From the IMG/VR virus record IMGVR_UViG_3300002143_000235, positions 1-64,000 of that record: 64,000 nucleotides of DNA; one strand, written 5' to 3'. Of this stretch, positions 8,598 to 19,020 are shown one piece after another. The position numbers were made by a program, and so were the translations under genes. The notes beneath the pieces were generated by a model. The model was not told the DNA's origin. It saw only the letters and a list, made by a program, of their open reading frames with translations, and ran no database searches. Position 1 is the first letter of the stretch, and each line of letters begins with the position of its first letter.

Positions 8598-9740
8598 ATG
8601 AGAAGACACATTAGCCAACACGTAGAAGCAAAAACAGCAGAACAGTTCTCGACCTTCAAACAAGGAGCCATGAATAGCGGAGTTGTTCGCAAGGTTGTTT
8701 TTCTTAATGAAATTGTTATCGTAAATGAAACCACTATTATGGTTAAGGGTGCTAAATTTGGTATGCACGCTGAAGCATTCAAACAACTCGTAAAATTCAT
8801 TGGACTTGATAGTAAAATTCTTGAGTCTATTGAAAAATCTCTTGGTGAACAAGTTTCACAAAAATTGCTTGATGTTATGAAACATGCAATCATGAGTCGT
8901 GATATTGCAAAACAACAAGTTTGTCTTTTGGTAAATACAAAAACAATTGAAATTGTTGGAATCAAAAAACGTGCTGAGGGAGTTCTTTCAAATAATGCAT
9001 TCTTTGATTTGTTTGAACAAACAATGAACAACCATACAGGAATGCAAATCAAAGATATGTCAGTAACACCCTCTGGCGGAATTACAATCTCTGTAACAAA
9101 CACCAATTGGGAATTTAATGTACCTGGAGTTACTGATGAAGTATTTCAATCAGGTTTGACATTCATCAATATGCACGATAAAACTATTGTTGTTCCATTT
9201 AATGAGCGTTTGACTTGTACAAATGGTATGGTAACAGCAGAAAATGGTTTGGCTATTACATTGACTGATGATAAAGCCGGAAGTCTTGAGGCATTCTTCT
9301 CAGCAGTTACAAAAATTCAACAAAATTCTCAATTTGAGGATGAATTTAAAGCACAAATTCGCAAATTGATGTCTACTCAAGCATCGTATTCTGAAATGCT
9401 TATGTGTCATAAAGCATTGGTTTATAATGTCCAAGATGAAACAAATCTTGAAGTTGCTGAAACAATGGAATCATTCATTCCAGTACGTGAAATGAAACAA
9501 GCTTACCTTGCTAAGAATGTTGATCTCAATACATTAAAAGCATCAACACACAAAACAATTCGTACAATGCTTACAGGTTGGGAACTTGTTAACGCTCTTA
9601 CAGACGTTGCATCTCACCCTCAACGTGAAGGATTGAATTTGAAATACGGAAACTCAATCTTCGAACTTCAAAGAACTGCTGGTAGACTTGCATTCAAATC
9701 ACCGTTAGATCTTGAAAATCGAGTAATTCAACTTTTCTAA
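8598..9740 (+). CDS. DUF932-like protein
   Basis: VVPFNERLTCTNGMV resembles the R(L)xCxNG motif of DUF932. Confidence 0.5.
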   Translation: MRRHISQHVEAKTAEQFSTFKQGAMNSGVVRKVVFLNEIVIVNETTIMVKGAKFGMHAEAFKQLVKFIGLDSKILESIEKSLGEQVSQKLLDVMKHAIMSRDIAKQQVCLLVNTKTIEIVGIKKRAEGVLSNNAFFDLFEQTMNNHTGMQIKDMSVTPSGGITISVTNTNWEFNVPGVTDEVFQSGLTFINMHDKTIVVPFNERLTCTNGMVTAENGLAITLTDDKAGSLEAFFSAVTKIQQNSQFEDEFKAQIRKLMSTQASYSEMLMCHKALVYNVQDETNLEVAETMESFIPVREMKQAYLAKNVDLNTLKASTHKTIRTMLTGWELVNALTDVASHPQREGLNLKYGNSIFELQRTAGRLAFKSPLDLENRVIQLF

Positions 9741-9770
9741 CAATTATTAATTGAACACTTTTAATTGTTA

Positions 9771-9799
9771 AAACCCGGACCAATTGGTCCGGGTTTTTT
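9771..9799. terminator. bidirectional intrinsic terminator
   Basis: aaaacccggac-caattg-gtccgggtttttt. Confidence 0.85.
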
Positions 9800-9800
9800 A

Positions 9801-9810
9801 GTATATAAAA
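9801..9810 (+). promoter_or_regulatory. phage-specific TATATAA promoter motif (also 7322, 11320, 13385, 13622, 18490, 18960, 38600, 41760, 45105, 55304, 56892, 60192, 61942 on +; 997, 2424, 7173, 28237, 35581, 51659, 53545, 54223, 61904 on -)
   Basis: recurrent intergenic (C/G/A)ATATATA(A/C/G), mostly a few tens of nt before start codons, reminiscent of the T4 late TATAAATA. Confidence 0.7.
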
Positions 9811-9829
9811 AGAAACGATACATTTCTGA

Positions 9830-10915
9830 ATGTTTACTAATATACATCATTGGCTTCTTATTGAATCTTTTACACCATCAAAATTACGCAGTCCTGAATC
9901 AGTAGTTGCTCCAGAAAATCTAAAGGATATTGATTGGAAAGATTTACAGATTGTTGAACTTGGTGATGATGGAAATAATATGATCAATCTTGGTATTCAA
10001 TTACCAGGTGAAGACAAACCAAATGATGGTATTGTTCTTGATATTCAAATGATACATGATGAGTTATACCAACCACATATGTTCTTCTCAGCTGAAATGC
10101 AAGGTGGTGGACTCGGTTTCAAAGTCCTTCTTAAATTTATTCATGAGTTTGGACACTTCTATTCTGGTGACGGGCGCCAACAAAATAAGACACAGATTCC
10201 TGTAATTTTTGATAAGTTAAAAGCACAAGGTGATATTGATGCATATCGGTTACCACATGGTCATTTATTTATATTAAAAAGCAATCCTGACCGTAACTAT
10301 TTGGTCAATAAATACGTAAATAAAGAGAAAAAGATGATTACAACAATAGATGAGTTCTGCTCTGTAAATGAATCTAGTTCTGAACCAAGAATGATGTCTT
10401 TTATCATTCCTGAAAAGAAAAACTGGATCGAGCAGGGTGAAAATGTAGGTATACGTTTCATGGGAAAAACATATTGGATTAAAGAATCAGATCGTAAATT
10501 TTTTGAAGACAATATTGGTAACTCTATTGGATTTAAATATTTTCCTAGTGCAATGTATGTTGAGATGCCAACAGTATTGAAACAAAACATTGTAGCAAAG
10601 ACTGAATCATTTATATCTGAGTCTGATCTACGTAACTATTCAACATTAAATAAAGTCCATCATCTTTTAAAAAATGATAAAGTCACTGTTTATTATTTTG
10701 GACCACATGATACTCCTGATACAGCATTAAAATTTGATGCAAAAATTGTTACACCGCCATACATCTCACGTAACAATGTAGAAGCTGTAGTTAGATCCAT
10801 AGATCCAACAGGTGAAAAATACTTAGGTGACGGAGTTGTATGGTATAAACGTGGACGTTGGGTACATGTTGGAAAATGGAATACCCGAAAAGTAAATAAG
10901 AGAATACTACGATGA
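9830..10915 (+). CDS. putative head-internal polyprotein; GNAT-like first module, internal second leader MITTIDEF
   Basis: MFTNIHHWLLIES leader; QGGGLG motif; internal KKMITTIDEFCSVNESS and TESFISES. Confidence 0.6.
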   Translation: MFTNIHHWLLIESFTPSKLRSPESVVAPENLKDIDWKDLQIVELGDDGNNMINLGIQLPGEDKPNDGIVLDIQMIHDELYQPHMFFSAEMQGGGLGFKVLLKFIHEFGHFYSGDGRQQNKTQIPVIFDKLKAQGDIDAYRLPHGHLFILKSNPDRNYLVNKYVNKEKKMITTIDEFCSVNESSSEPRMMSFIIPEKKNWIEQGENVGIRFMGKTYWIKESDRKFFEDNIGNSIGFKYFPSAMYVEMPTVLKQNIVAKTESFISESDLRNYSTLNKVHHLLKNDKVTVYYFGPHDTPDTALKFDAKIVTPPYISRNNVEAVVRSIDPTGEKYLGDGVVWYKRGRWVHVGKWNTRKVNKRILR

Positions 10916-11310
10916 TTACAACAATAAAACAATTCAAACGTATAAATGAAAATCACGATGGTGTTGCTGCAAGCATAATTAGTAGATTTAGTAACATTTC
11001 AACCATTGATGAGGTTCGTGCATTCTTCAAAGCATTAATAGATGAACTCAGTTTATCATTTCACCCAGATGATTCATTTGACGGATATGGAAATCATGTT
11101 AATGGTCAATGGGTTGATTTATTTACACCAGAAGAAGCTACACAACTTGATGCAATTATGCAACAGTGTTGGAAAGTTTGTTACGATAATAATACTGATA
11201 TTTATACAATAGGTATGATACTTATGGGATATGAACCTGAAACTGGTACAGACACAACAATCGACCCTGCTGATATACATATTTACAAAAGTGTATTGGA
11301 CATTCAATAA
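10912..11310 (+). CDS. putative head-internal protein (MITT leader)
   Basis: MITTIKQFKRINEN; ATGA overlap. Confidence 0.7.
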   Translation: MITTIKQFKRINENHDGVAASIISRFSNISTIDEVRAFFKALIDELSLSFHPDDSFDGYGNHVNGQWVDLFTPEEATQLDAIMQQCWKVCYDNNTDIYTIGMILMGYEPETGTDTTIDPADIHIYKSVLDIQ

Positions 11311-11349
11311 TACTCAAACCATATATAAAAAAAAGATATTTTAAACATA

Positions 11350-11745
11350 ATGTTCACATCAATAAATGAATGGAAGTCTCTAAATGAGATGAATCAACAA
11401 GAGATCAAATTATCATTTAATCTCAATACACCATACAAATGGGGACCTGGATGGACAGGAACACCAGAACAACATGAAGAGATGGATGGAATAGCTGCCG
11501 GTATAATTGGTATGTTACAATTACAAGATAAACATAATGAATGGAACGTTCCTGAAGCAACTGGAACTGGTATTGTGCAATATGCATATCTTCACCCAAT
11601 GGAATATGTATTCAGACTCAGTGAAAACGATCGTGTAACAATAGATAGAATTATCGATGTAGTAAAAAAGACTATAAGTATGACAGACTTTGTTAATATT
11701 GAAAGTATCAAACTGAAAACGCCAGAAGGTTATACAACATTATAA
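11350..11745 (+). CDS. putative head-internal protein (leader family)
   Basis: MFTSINEWKSLNEM; ATATATAA upstream. Confidence 0.7.
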   Translation: MFTSINEWKSLNEMNQQEIKLSFNLNTPYKWGPGWTGTPEQHEEMDGIAAGIIGMLQLQDKHNEWNVPEATGTGIVQYAYLHPMEYVFRLSENDRVTIDRIIDVVKKTISMTDFVNIESIKLKTPEGYTTL

Positions 11746-11773
11746 AGAAAGGACAACAATTGTTGTCCTTTTC
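11746..11773. terminator. intrinsic terminator
   Basis: aaggacaa-caattg-ttgtccttt. Confidence 0.8.
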
Positions 11774-11809
11774 TATTAAACAACTTGTGTTTAAATATGT
11801 ATAATCACC

Positions 11810-12916
11810 ATGACAAAATCAAACACATTAGACACAAAATACCTTGATCTGGTACAGGATATCATTTCAAATGGTTATGACAGCGGTGATCGTACTGGAA
11901 CCGGTACACGCAAACTTTTTGGTAAGATGATCAGACATAATATGTCTGAAGGCTTCCCACTCCTCACATCAAAGAAGATGTTCTTTAAAGGTGTATTCCA
12001 TGAACTTATTTGGTTTCTAAAAGGAGACACAAACATCAAATACCTTGTAGACAATAATGTTTACATCTGGGTAGGAGACTGCTACAAAAAATACGCAACA
12101 CTCTGTTCAGCTAACTCAGATGAATTCAATGAATGGATGCGTGATAATGGAGATGGAACACTTTCTATGTTTACCCGTGATGAATTCATTGAAAAGATCA
12201 AGACTGATGATATCTTTGCTGCAAAGTGGGGTGAATTGAATAAGGTTTATGGCGCAGAATGGGTAAACTGGCGCGACCAAGTGAATCAAATTCAGGAACT
12301 TATTGATACACTTAAAAACAATCCTGATTCAAGACGTATGCTAGTTACAGCATGGGATCCGATCAATGTTGCAAAGGCAGTTCTTCCACCATGTCACTAT
12401 GCTTTCCAGGTATTTACACGTGAACTTACCTTAGAAGAACGAAAGAACATTTTCTTTGATACAAAAAATAATTATTACCATCCTCATTATGATAATGATA
12501 CACGTAGTAATTTGAACAGTTATGCGATTGCTGACGGTGATTTATTTTTTGAAGATCTCATGAACGAACCGTCTATCAATGTTCCAAAGCGTTCAATATC
12601 ATTGATTTACAATATGCGTAGCGTTGATATTGGGTTAGGAATTTGTTTTGATGAAGCACTATATGGCTTATTATTACAAATGATTGCACAATGTGTAAAT
12701 ATGATACCAGAAGAACTTGTGTGCTCACTTGGGGATACACATCTTTATAATAATCATATCGAGCCTATCAAAGCCCAATTTAAAGCTGAACACTTTGATC
12801 TTCCTATTGTATCACTAAATCCTGACGTTACGGACATCTTCCAATTCAAGTTTGAAGACATCACTGTTTATAACTATCAATCAAGTCCAGTAATAAAATT
12901 AGAGCTTTCTAATTAA
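11810..12916 (+). CDS. thyA: thymidylate synthase family enzyme with N177D substitution
   Basis: DRTGTGT, FHELIWFLKG, SRRMLVTAWDP, LPPCH, MRSVD, GDTHLYNNH; GICFDEA instead of GLPFNIA. Confidence 0.85.
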   Translation: MTKSNTLDTKYLDLVQDIISNGYDSGDRTGTGTRKLFGKMIRHNMSEGFPLLTSKKMFFKGVFHELIWFLKGDTNIKYLVDNNVYIWVGDCYKKYATLCSANSDEFNEWMRDNGDGTLSMFTRDEFIEKIKTDDIFAAKWGELNKVYGAEWVNWRDQVNQIQELIDTLKNNPDSRRMLVTAWDPINVAKAVLPPCHYAFQVFTRELTLEERKNIFFDTKNNYYHPHYDNDTRSNLNSYAIADGDLFFEDLMNEPSINVPKRSISLIYNMRSVDIGLGICFDEALYGLLLQMIAQCVNMIPEELVCSLGDTHLYNNHIEPIKAQFKAEHFDLPIVSLNPDVTDIFQFKFEDITVYNYQSSPVIKLELSN

Positions 12917-12945
12917 ATTATCAAATAAATTAGTATATTTGTGGT

Positions 12946-13386
12946 ATGTGTGATACAAAACATACCATATATCTTAAAATGTGCATGGAGCTTGCAGAGG
13001 CATCAAAATGTCGCAAGCTCCATGTTGCATCACTTATTGTGCATAAACACAAGATCATTGCAACTGGTGTAAATGGAACTCTTCCAGGACACGAAAACTG
13101 TTGCGATAAATTTGCTCATCTTACAGATGATGAATTTGTAAATGCACATAATGGCTGGTCGAGTAGAAATGAAATTCATGCCGAGATGTCTGCACTTCTT
13201 ACTGCTGCAAAATCATCTACTGAGATCAAAGAAGACAGTATCATGTACTGTACACATGAACCATGTGACAATTGTGCTAAACATATTGCTTATACAGGAA
13301 TCAAAGAAGTATACTTTATTCATAAATATCATAACAATCTATCTGATAATATTTTTGGTTTGACTCTAAAACAACTTTCAATTTGA
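12946..13386 (+). CDS. dCMP deaminase
   Basis: IIATGVNG, HAEMSAL, HEPCDNCAK zinc-deaminase motifs. Confidence 0.92.
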   Translation: MCDTKHTIYLKMCMELAEASKCRKLHVASLIVHKHKIIATGVNGTLPGHENCCDKFAHLTDDEFVNAHNGWSSRNEIHAEMSALLTAAKSSTEIKEDSIMYCTHEPCDNCAKHIAYTGIKEVYFIHKYHNNLSDNIFGLTLKQLSI

Positions 13387-13412
13387 TATATAAGTGAAAG
13401 ATTTTTTTACTA

Positions 13413-13610
13413 ATGTTAACTAATATAAACGAATTTAAATCGGAAGCCCATAAATTTTGGTGGAATAGATTAGGACAATCTACAAAAATTGATATTTGTC
13501 GACGTTCTAGTTCTAAAGTTAGTGGGCTTAGTGGTTGTGGTTTATCAGATTTTAATCCTGATAAACTTTCAGATCATACAATTAAAGCTCTTTATAATTT
13601 GAATCATTAA
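13413..13610 (+). CDS. small leader-family protein
   Basis: MLTNINEFKSEA; GATATATAA upstream. Confidence 0.6.
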   Translation: MLTNINEFKSEAHKFWWNRLGQSTKIDICRRSSSKVSGLSGCGLSDFNPDKLSDHTIKALYNLNH

Positions 13611-13649
13611 ATTTATCAATTAATATATAAGTGAAACCGTCAATTTGAC

Positions 13650-14243
13650 ATGATCACTTCTATTGATAAATTTCGTCAACTTAATGAGAATCAGCAAGCT
13701 GATTTACAGCAGCTTGCATCAGAAATAAAACGTACTTATCCACAGTGTCGATTTAGTATTCGAACATCATACAATACTATTCGTATTGCAATTATTTCTG
13801 CACCTATAGAATTACGTCTTGATTCATCAAGAACAAACGAACCAGTAAATCATTATTACATCAAATCAAATTATGCTGATATGCCTCAAGCACAAGAGTT
13901 GCTTCAAGGTATTGCAGATATTGCTCTTCGTAATAATCGTGAAGTTTCACATGATGGTGATTATGGAAGTATACCCAATTACTATGTAACAATGACTGTT
14001 GGTGAATGGGATAAACCTTTCACTGTGGCTGGATCAACTGTTACACAATTACCTGTTGAATCAACAAATGAAGCAGCAATGAAAGAACATTATGTTCTTT
14101 TTAAAGGTGATGATGTATTAGGTGGTTTTAATACTAAAGAAGAAGCATTAATTGCTTTTGCACAACAACCTAAAACGGTTAATAGATGGAGAGAGCAAGC
14201 ACAGCTTTACAAATTAATCAAAGAAAATAAAATTGTTCGCTGA
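13650..14243 (+). CDS. putative head-internal two-module protein
   Basis: MITSIDKFRQLNEN; internal ESTNEA. Confidence 0.7.
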   Translation: MITSIDKFRQLNENQQADLQQLASEIKRTYPQCRFSIRTSYNTIRIAIISAPIELRLDSSRTNEPVNHYYIKSNYADMPQAQELLQGIADIALRNNREVSHDGDYGSIPNYYVTMTVGEWDKPFTVAGSTVTQLPVESTNEAAMKEHYVLFKGDDVLGGFNTKEEALIAFAQQPKTVNRWREQAQLYKLIKENKIVR

Positions 14244-15430
14244 TGAGAATCATATACACACAACAAGCCATTCCAAATCAGATAAATAAATCTATATTCT
14301 TAGCTGGTCCATCACTTCGTCCTGGACAGGATGGAATATCATGGCGTATAAATGCTTTAGAAATTCTTCGTGTACTTGAATACGATGGTGTTGTGTTTGT
14401 ACCTGAATCTGAAGATGGAAGTTTTGATGATAATTTCAACTGGAAAACACAAGTCATGTGGGAGTCGAAATGTCTACGTATGTCTGACAATATTTTATTT
14501 CACATTAATCGTAATATTGAATCTGGATTATTAGGTCTTACAACAAATGATGAATGGGGATTTTGGAAGGACTCAGGTAAATGTGTACTTTCTATTGAAT
14601 CTGGAGCAGACAAAACAGATTATCAAGAGTGGTGGGCTAAAGAACTTAAAGTTCCGACATTCAATGATTTATTTAGTGCACTTCGTCATATTATAAAGAT
14701 ACAACAAGATGCACCACGTGTTGATGGTGAACGAATGATACCACAAGAAATTTGGTTGCTTGATCAGTTTCAATCTTGGTATAAACAATTAAAAGCAAAT
14801 GGAAACTGGATCAGTGATGCTCGAGTTTTAAATACCTATCGCATTCCTTCAAACAATAAAATATTTGCATTTTCTCTTTGGGTAAACGTTTTTATTCGTA
14901 ATGAAAATCGTTACAAAAATAATGAATTTATATTCTCAAGACCTGATATCAGTTCATGTGTGATGTATTATCCAAATAATAATTTGATGGATACAGAGAT
15001 TGTTCTTGTATCTGAATTCAGATCACCAGTTAATAATACAAAAGGCCTTGTTTATGAAATACCGGGTGGTTCCAGTGTGAAACCTGGTGAAGATCCAATG
15101 GCTGTTGTTATTGAAGAACTCAAAGAAGAAACAGGAATCGGCGGGATGAATCTTGCACGACTTGAATACATTAGTGCACGTCAACTAGCAGCAACAATTC
15201 TTACACATAAATGTCATTTGTATGGTTATACTATGTCTGATGCAGAGTATATAAATGTTAAGAACAATGTAGGTAAGATTTTTGGAAACGAAGCTGACAC
15301 AGAAAGAACAGAACTACATATTTTTACACTGCAAGAGATTATAGATAATGATTATATTGATTGGTCGAATCTTGGTATGGTAATGAATGTATTAAACACA
15401 ACAACTATAAAAAACAGTCCTAATGTATAA
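14243..15430 (+). CDS. nucleoside 2-deoxyribosyltransferase-like plus Nudix hydrolase fusion
   Basis: SIFLAGPS..WR N-terminal domain; YEIPGGS..EELKEETGI Nudix box. Confidence 0.75.
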   Translation: MRIIYTQQAIPNQINKSIFLAGPSLRPGQDGISWRINALEILRVLEYDGVVFVPESEDGSFDDNFNWKTQVMWESKCLRMSDNILFHINRNIESGLLGLTTNDEWGFWKDSGKCVLSIESGADKTDYQEWWAKELKVPTFNDLFSALRHIIKIQQDAPRVDGERMIPQEIWLLDQFQSWYKQLKANGNWISDARVLNTYRIPSNNKIFAFSLWVNVFIRNENRYKNNEFIFSRPDISSCVMYYPNNNLMDTEIVLVSEFRSPVNNTKGLVYEIPGGSSVKPGEDPMAVVIEELKEETGIGGMNLARLEYISARQLAATILTHKCHLYGYTMSDAEYINVKNNVGKIFGNEADTERTELHIFTLQEIIDNDYIDWSNLGMVMNVLNTTTIKNSPNV

Positions 15431-15840
15431 TGTATACAACAATCAATGAATTTCGTACAAATGAAAGATATGACAATCATAATAGAGTAATACCGCGTGA
15501 TTTCTTCAATGAATCTAAATTATTGAAGTGTATGGGACAGCTAGCTTTAAAAATTCTTGATGGTAGAGTTCCTGAAGGAATAACTATTGAGATAGAAGAA
15601 TCTGGTGAAGCTTTCAATATTGCTTTATCTAATGAATATGATTGCTTATATGTTACAAACTATCCAATAACAGTTAATGGTGAAAATGTTTTTTTTGGTA
15701 CAACATATAATTCAAAAGCTTTGTACCCTATGGTATGTTATGATGATGATGTAGAATTTAATGTATTTGATGATCAAGGTAATTTTACAAATAAATTTAT
15801 TGAACAATTTGTAAATCAAACAGAAAATGTTCAGGCATGA
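15430..15840 (+). CDS. putative head-internal protein (leader family)
   Basis: MYTTINEFRTNE. Confidence 0.7.
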   Translation: MYTTINEFRTNERYDNHNRVIPRDFFNESKLLKCMGQLALKILDGRVPEGITIEIEESGEAFNIALSNEYDCLYVTNYPITVNGENVFFGTTYNSKALYPMVCYDDDVEFNVFDDQGNFTNKFIEQFVNQTENVQA

Positions 15841-16829
15841 TAACAACAATCAATGAATTTCGTGCAATTAATGAGATTGGTGAAGGTACGAAATCATATA
15901 ATTATACAATAGAACCATCACCTTTTGGTGGATATTCTGGATTTTTTATTACTGAACGTAATGAAGAATATGAAATTTATATGACACATACGTACACACA
16001 AGATGGTGAAAAAACAAATATTTCATTTGATTTAAAAGGATATGATCATGAAGCAGATAAAGAAACTAATACACATGATCAATATCGTATTATGACAACA
16101 ATTATATTAGTTGTAAAAGATGTATTAAAAAGAGAACCAGGTATTAATATTATTGAATTTGAGGCTAAAGAGAAAAAAATAGGGTCAACAAATCAACGAT
16201 TAATGTTATATCTAGCTTATGCTAAAAAACATCTTGGCCCAGAATGGCAAATATTAAAAGGTGTAAACTCCGCAACAATTATAAAAGGAAAACCAGGTTT
16301 AGAATATACAAAGAGTATTGATTCATTAAATGATGAATCAACTAATGAAAGTCTATCATTTCCAGCAGCACATGGCATCAACCAGGAAGTTGCTGTTGTT
16401 GATATTGATGGTAATCTCCAATACAGTGGAAGGGTGTCAAAGGTATCATTCACTGCACAGAAAGTTTTCTATGATGTAGTAAGTGATTATGACGGTACTA
16501 TTGAATGTGATATTGATTCAGTATTTGTAGAACGTTCTATTGGTATTATTTCTGAAACTGAAATGGAAGAGATGTTTGGTAAAGAAAAAACTGAAGAAAT
16601 TCTTACACGTAAAAATGAATCTAGGGCATCAAATTTACAATCTACAAATCTTACATATAAGAGTGTTGAACGTAATGACATTTTATGGCTTACGGTTATG
16701 CTAAAACCACGTAACTCAGCACCTGGTAACAGAATGGGTGAAATGGGTGTTGTTAAAGTTCGTGTACTTGATACTTTTTATGGTATGGATAAACTTAAAC
16801 ATTTGAAAGCAACAGATAAGATAATGTAA
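15837..16829 (+). CDS. putative head-internal polyprotein (three modules)
   Basis: MITTINEFRAINEI; internal STNES and RKNES. Confidence 0.7.
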   Translation: MITTINEFRAINEIGEGTKSYNYTIEPSPFGGYSGFFITERNEEYEIYMTHTYTQDGEKTNISFDLKGYDHEADKETNTHDQYRIMTTIILVVKDVLKREPGINIIEFEAKEKKIGSTNQRLMLYLAYAKKHLGPEWQILKGVNSATIIKGKPGLEYTKSIDSLNDESTNESLSFPAAHGINQEVAVVDIDGNLQYSGRVSKVSFTAQKVFYDVVSDYDGTIECDIDSVFVERSIGIISETEMEEMFGKEKTEEILTRKNESRASNLQSTNLTYKSVERNDILWLTVMLKPRNSAPGNRMGEMGVVKVRVLDTFYGMDKLKHLKATDKIM

Positions 16830-17689
16830 TGCCAGATCCAATAGTAACTATAGAAGCATACATAACTGAACTTGGTAATAATTTTGCTATAGATGTGGCC
16901 AGTATTGTAAATTTTGTAAATGTTGTGAATTTTGTAAATGATAACAAATATTTTGATAATTTGCATATTGCTGGTCAGTTATTATTTATGAATACATTTT
17001 TGGAAAATTTACCACAAGCAATAATTGATTTTAAGACATCAATTGGTGATATCAAACCAGACGAATTAACTGGATTTGATATCAATAAATTATTATGCGC
17101 ACTTGATTACGCAATTAATAAATTTCCAACTGAATTTGATGCTACATACTATAATGAATTATCGTCGCCAACAATTGGTACAAAATTCCCAGTTAATATA
17201 ATAACTGACCCAAAAACACAAGTTGAATGGATTACACTTGTAAATACTAATACAAGTGATGGTACTGTTGAAAAAATAACTGGTGGTACGGGTTGGAACG
17301 CAAAAGCAAATTTTAAAATACCTACTAATAAACAATTTAAAATAGAATTTAAGTTAGCTGGTGTATATAGCGATTCTTTTGGCGGTGTTACATATGCTGA
17401 TATTAATTCACATTACACTGATATTCAATATGCTATATCTGTTTCTGGTACATCATATTACCTATATTCTAATGGCACGAATTTAACATCATTTGGTGGT
17501 TATGTAGCAGGTGATGTGCAACGTATTGATCGGTTAAATAATGAAATTAAATATTATGTTAATGACGTTTTAAAATACACACTACCTACTTCTGGTGATG
17601 GTCCAAATTCTAATGGTTATATGTTATTTGATTGTTCAATTTATCAAGAAGGCGGACGCATAGAAAATATATTATTAACGTATCTATAA
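16829..17689 (+). CDS. hypothetical protein with C-terminal beta-sandwich (SPRY/ConA-like) domain, possibly structural
   Basis: GWNAKA..YAISVSG..GGYVAGDVQRIDR..IKYYVN beta-rich pattern. Confidence 0.45.
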   Translation: MPDPIVTIEAYITELGNNFAIDVASIVNFVNVVNFVNDNKYFDNLHIAGQLLFMNTFLENLPQAIIDFKTSIGDIKPDELTGFDINKLLCALDYAINKFPTEFDATYYNELSSPTIGTKFPVNIITDPKTQVEWITLVNTNTSDGTVEKITGGTGWNAKANFKIPTNKQFKIEFKLAGVYSDSFGGVTYADINSHYTDIQYAISVSGTSYYLYSNGTNLTSFGGYVAGDVQRIDRLNNEIKYYVNDVLKYTLPTSGDGPNSNGYMLFDCSIYQEGGRIENILLTYL

Positions 17690-17708
17690 ACTTATTCATT
17701 GATATTAT

Positions 17709-18476
17709 TTGATTATGTTAAACAATTGGATATTTTTTTATAAAATGTATATGAATAATACACATAACTTAATTGGTGTCGATCCATCTATTATATCTAC
17801 TGGTGTAGTGATAAATGGCAAAGCATTCAACTACTGCAGAGAATCAGATGCAAAGAATACAAAACTAACAAAGCTCAGCAAGTGGTTTGATTTATGTAAA
17901 GATGTCATTACTTATCGCTATATAAATCTTGATTATGTTGAAGGATACTCAGCTAATGAAATTCAAAAAATGAAATTGTATGATGCAATCACTACAATGA
18001 TTCTTGAAGACATTAAAAAAGAGATTGATTCAACACTCCCAACCAAGATTGCAATAGAGGGATACTCATATTCATCCGCTGCAGGTGATATAATCGACTT
18101 AGTGACGTTTTCTACGCTTCTAAGAAGGAAACTACTTACAATCACGTCAGACATCACCATACTCGCCCCAATGAGCTTAAAACTGGAAACATGCAAGCTT
18201 ACTTACATACCTACTGAAAAAAAAATAGGCGGAAAGAATCCAAGAATTGAATATACATATCGATCAAAGCTTGGAATTGCTGGTGGATCTTTCACTAAAC
18301 CAGACATGTACTTAGCACTCATTGAAAATGATAATCTAAATGATAAGTATTGTTCATTTCTTAAGGAACACAAGATGAGTATCATGTTTTTAAAAACAAT
18401 CAAGAAACCTCTTGAAGATGTCAATGATGCCTATTTGCTTTACTTATTGCTTTTAAACAATCGTGTTGGTGTTTAA
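17709..18476 (+). CDS. RuvC-like Holliday junction resolvase (likely start 17748 or 17754)
   Basis: LIGVDPSIISTG, IAIEGYSY, DVNDAY RNase H-fold acidic motifs. Confidence 0.75.
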   Translation: MIMLNNWIFFYKMYMNNTHNLIGVDPSIISTGVVINGKAFNYCRESDAKNTKLTKLSKWFDLCKDVITYRYINLDYVEGYSANEIQKMKLYDAITTMILEDIKKEIDSTLPTKIAIEGYSYSSAAGDIIDLVTFSTLLRRKLLTITSDITILAPMSLKLETCKLTYIPTEKKIGGKNPRIEYTYRSKLGIAGGSFTKPDMYLALIENDNLNDKYCSFLKEHKMSIMFLKTIKKPLEDVNDAYLLYLLLLNNRVGV

Positions 18477-18550
18477 TTTTATTATTTTTCATATATAAAA
18501 GAAAAATTCACGAACATGTTTATATCAATAAATGAATACCGTAAATCAAA
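18467..18550 (+). repeat. promoter plus leader cassette, copy 1 (copy 2 at 18937-19020)
   Basis: tggtgtttaattttattatttttcatatataaaa...aacatgtttRtatcaataaatgaataccgtaaatcaa duplicated. Confidence 0.92.
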
Positions 18551-18887
18551 TGACAAAAAAACTAGTTTATCATCAGAAAAATATAATATACAAGAATCAG
18601 CTTTTCATGATGAATCTGAATATGCAATAACATTAGCCAATGAAAATGGATTTCAATTTTCTATAGATCAAAAAAATAATGCACAATATGTTTATACATT
18701 ACCTGTTAATATAGGTAATATTTCTACAGTAACATATAAACTGTTACGTATTCCTGGTTCATTTCAACAATGGCGTATTAATTGTGAAGTTGTATTTAAT
18801 GATACAATAAAACAGCCTGGAAAATTAAAAAAATCTTTGTTTTGTATCTCATCTTTATGTGATTTTACAGTTAATATTTCACAATAA
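18516..18887 (+). CDS. leader-family protein, paralog of last module of 18987-19955
   Basis: MFISINEYRKS; LANENGFQF..YVYT..TYKL vs IANSLGFAF..YVWT..EYRL. Confidence 0.6.
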   Translation: MFISINEYRKSNDKKTSLSSEKYNIQESAFHDESEYAITLANENGFQFSIDQKNNAQYVYTLPVNIGNISTVTYKLLRIPGSFQQWRINCEVVFNDTIKQPGKLKKSLFCISSLCDFTVNISQ

Positions 18888-18936
18888 TGTTCACAAAGAT
18901 CTTAGACTGAAAAATATTTGAAGCGAAGACAAATAG

Positions 18937-19020
18937 TGGTGTTTAATTTTATTATTTTTCATATATAAAAAAAAAACCAACACAACATGTTTGTATCAAT
19001 AAATGAATACCGTAAATCAA
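18937..19020 (+). repeat. promoter plus leader cassette, copy 2
   Basis: see 18467-18550. Confidence 0.92.
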
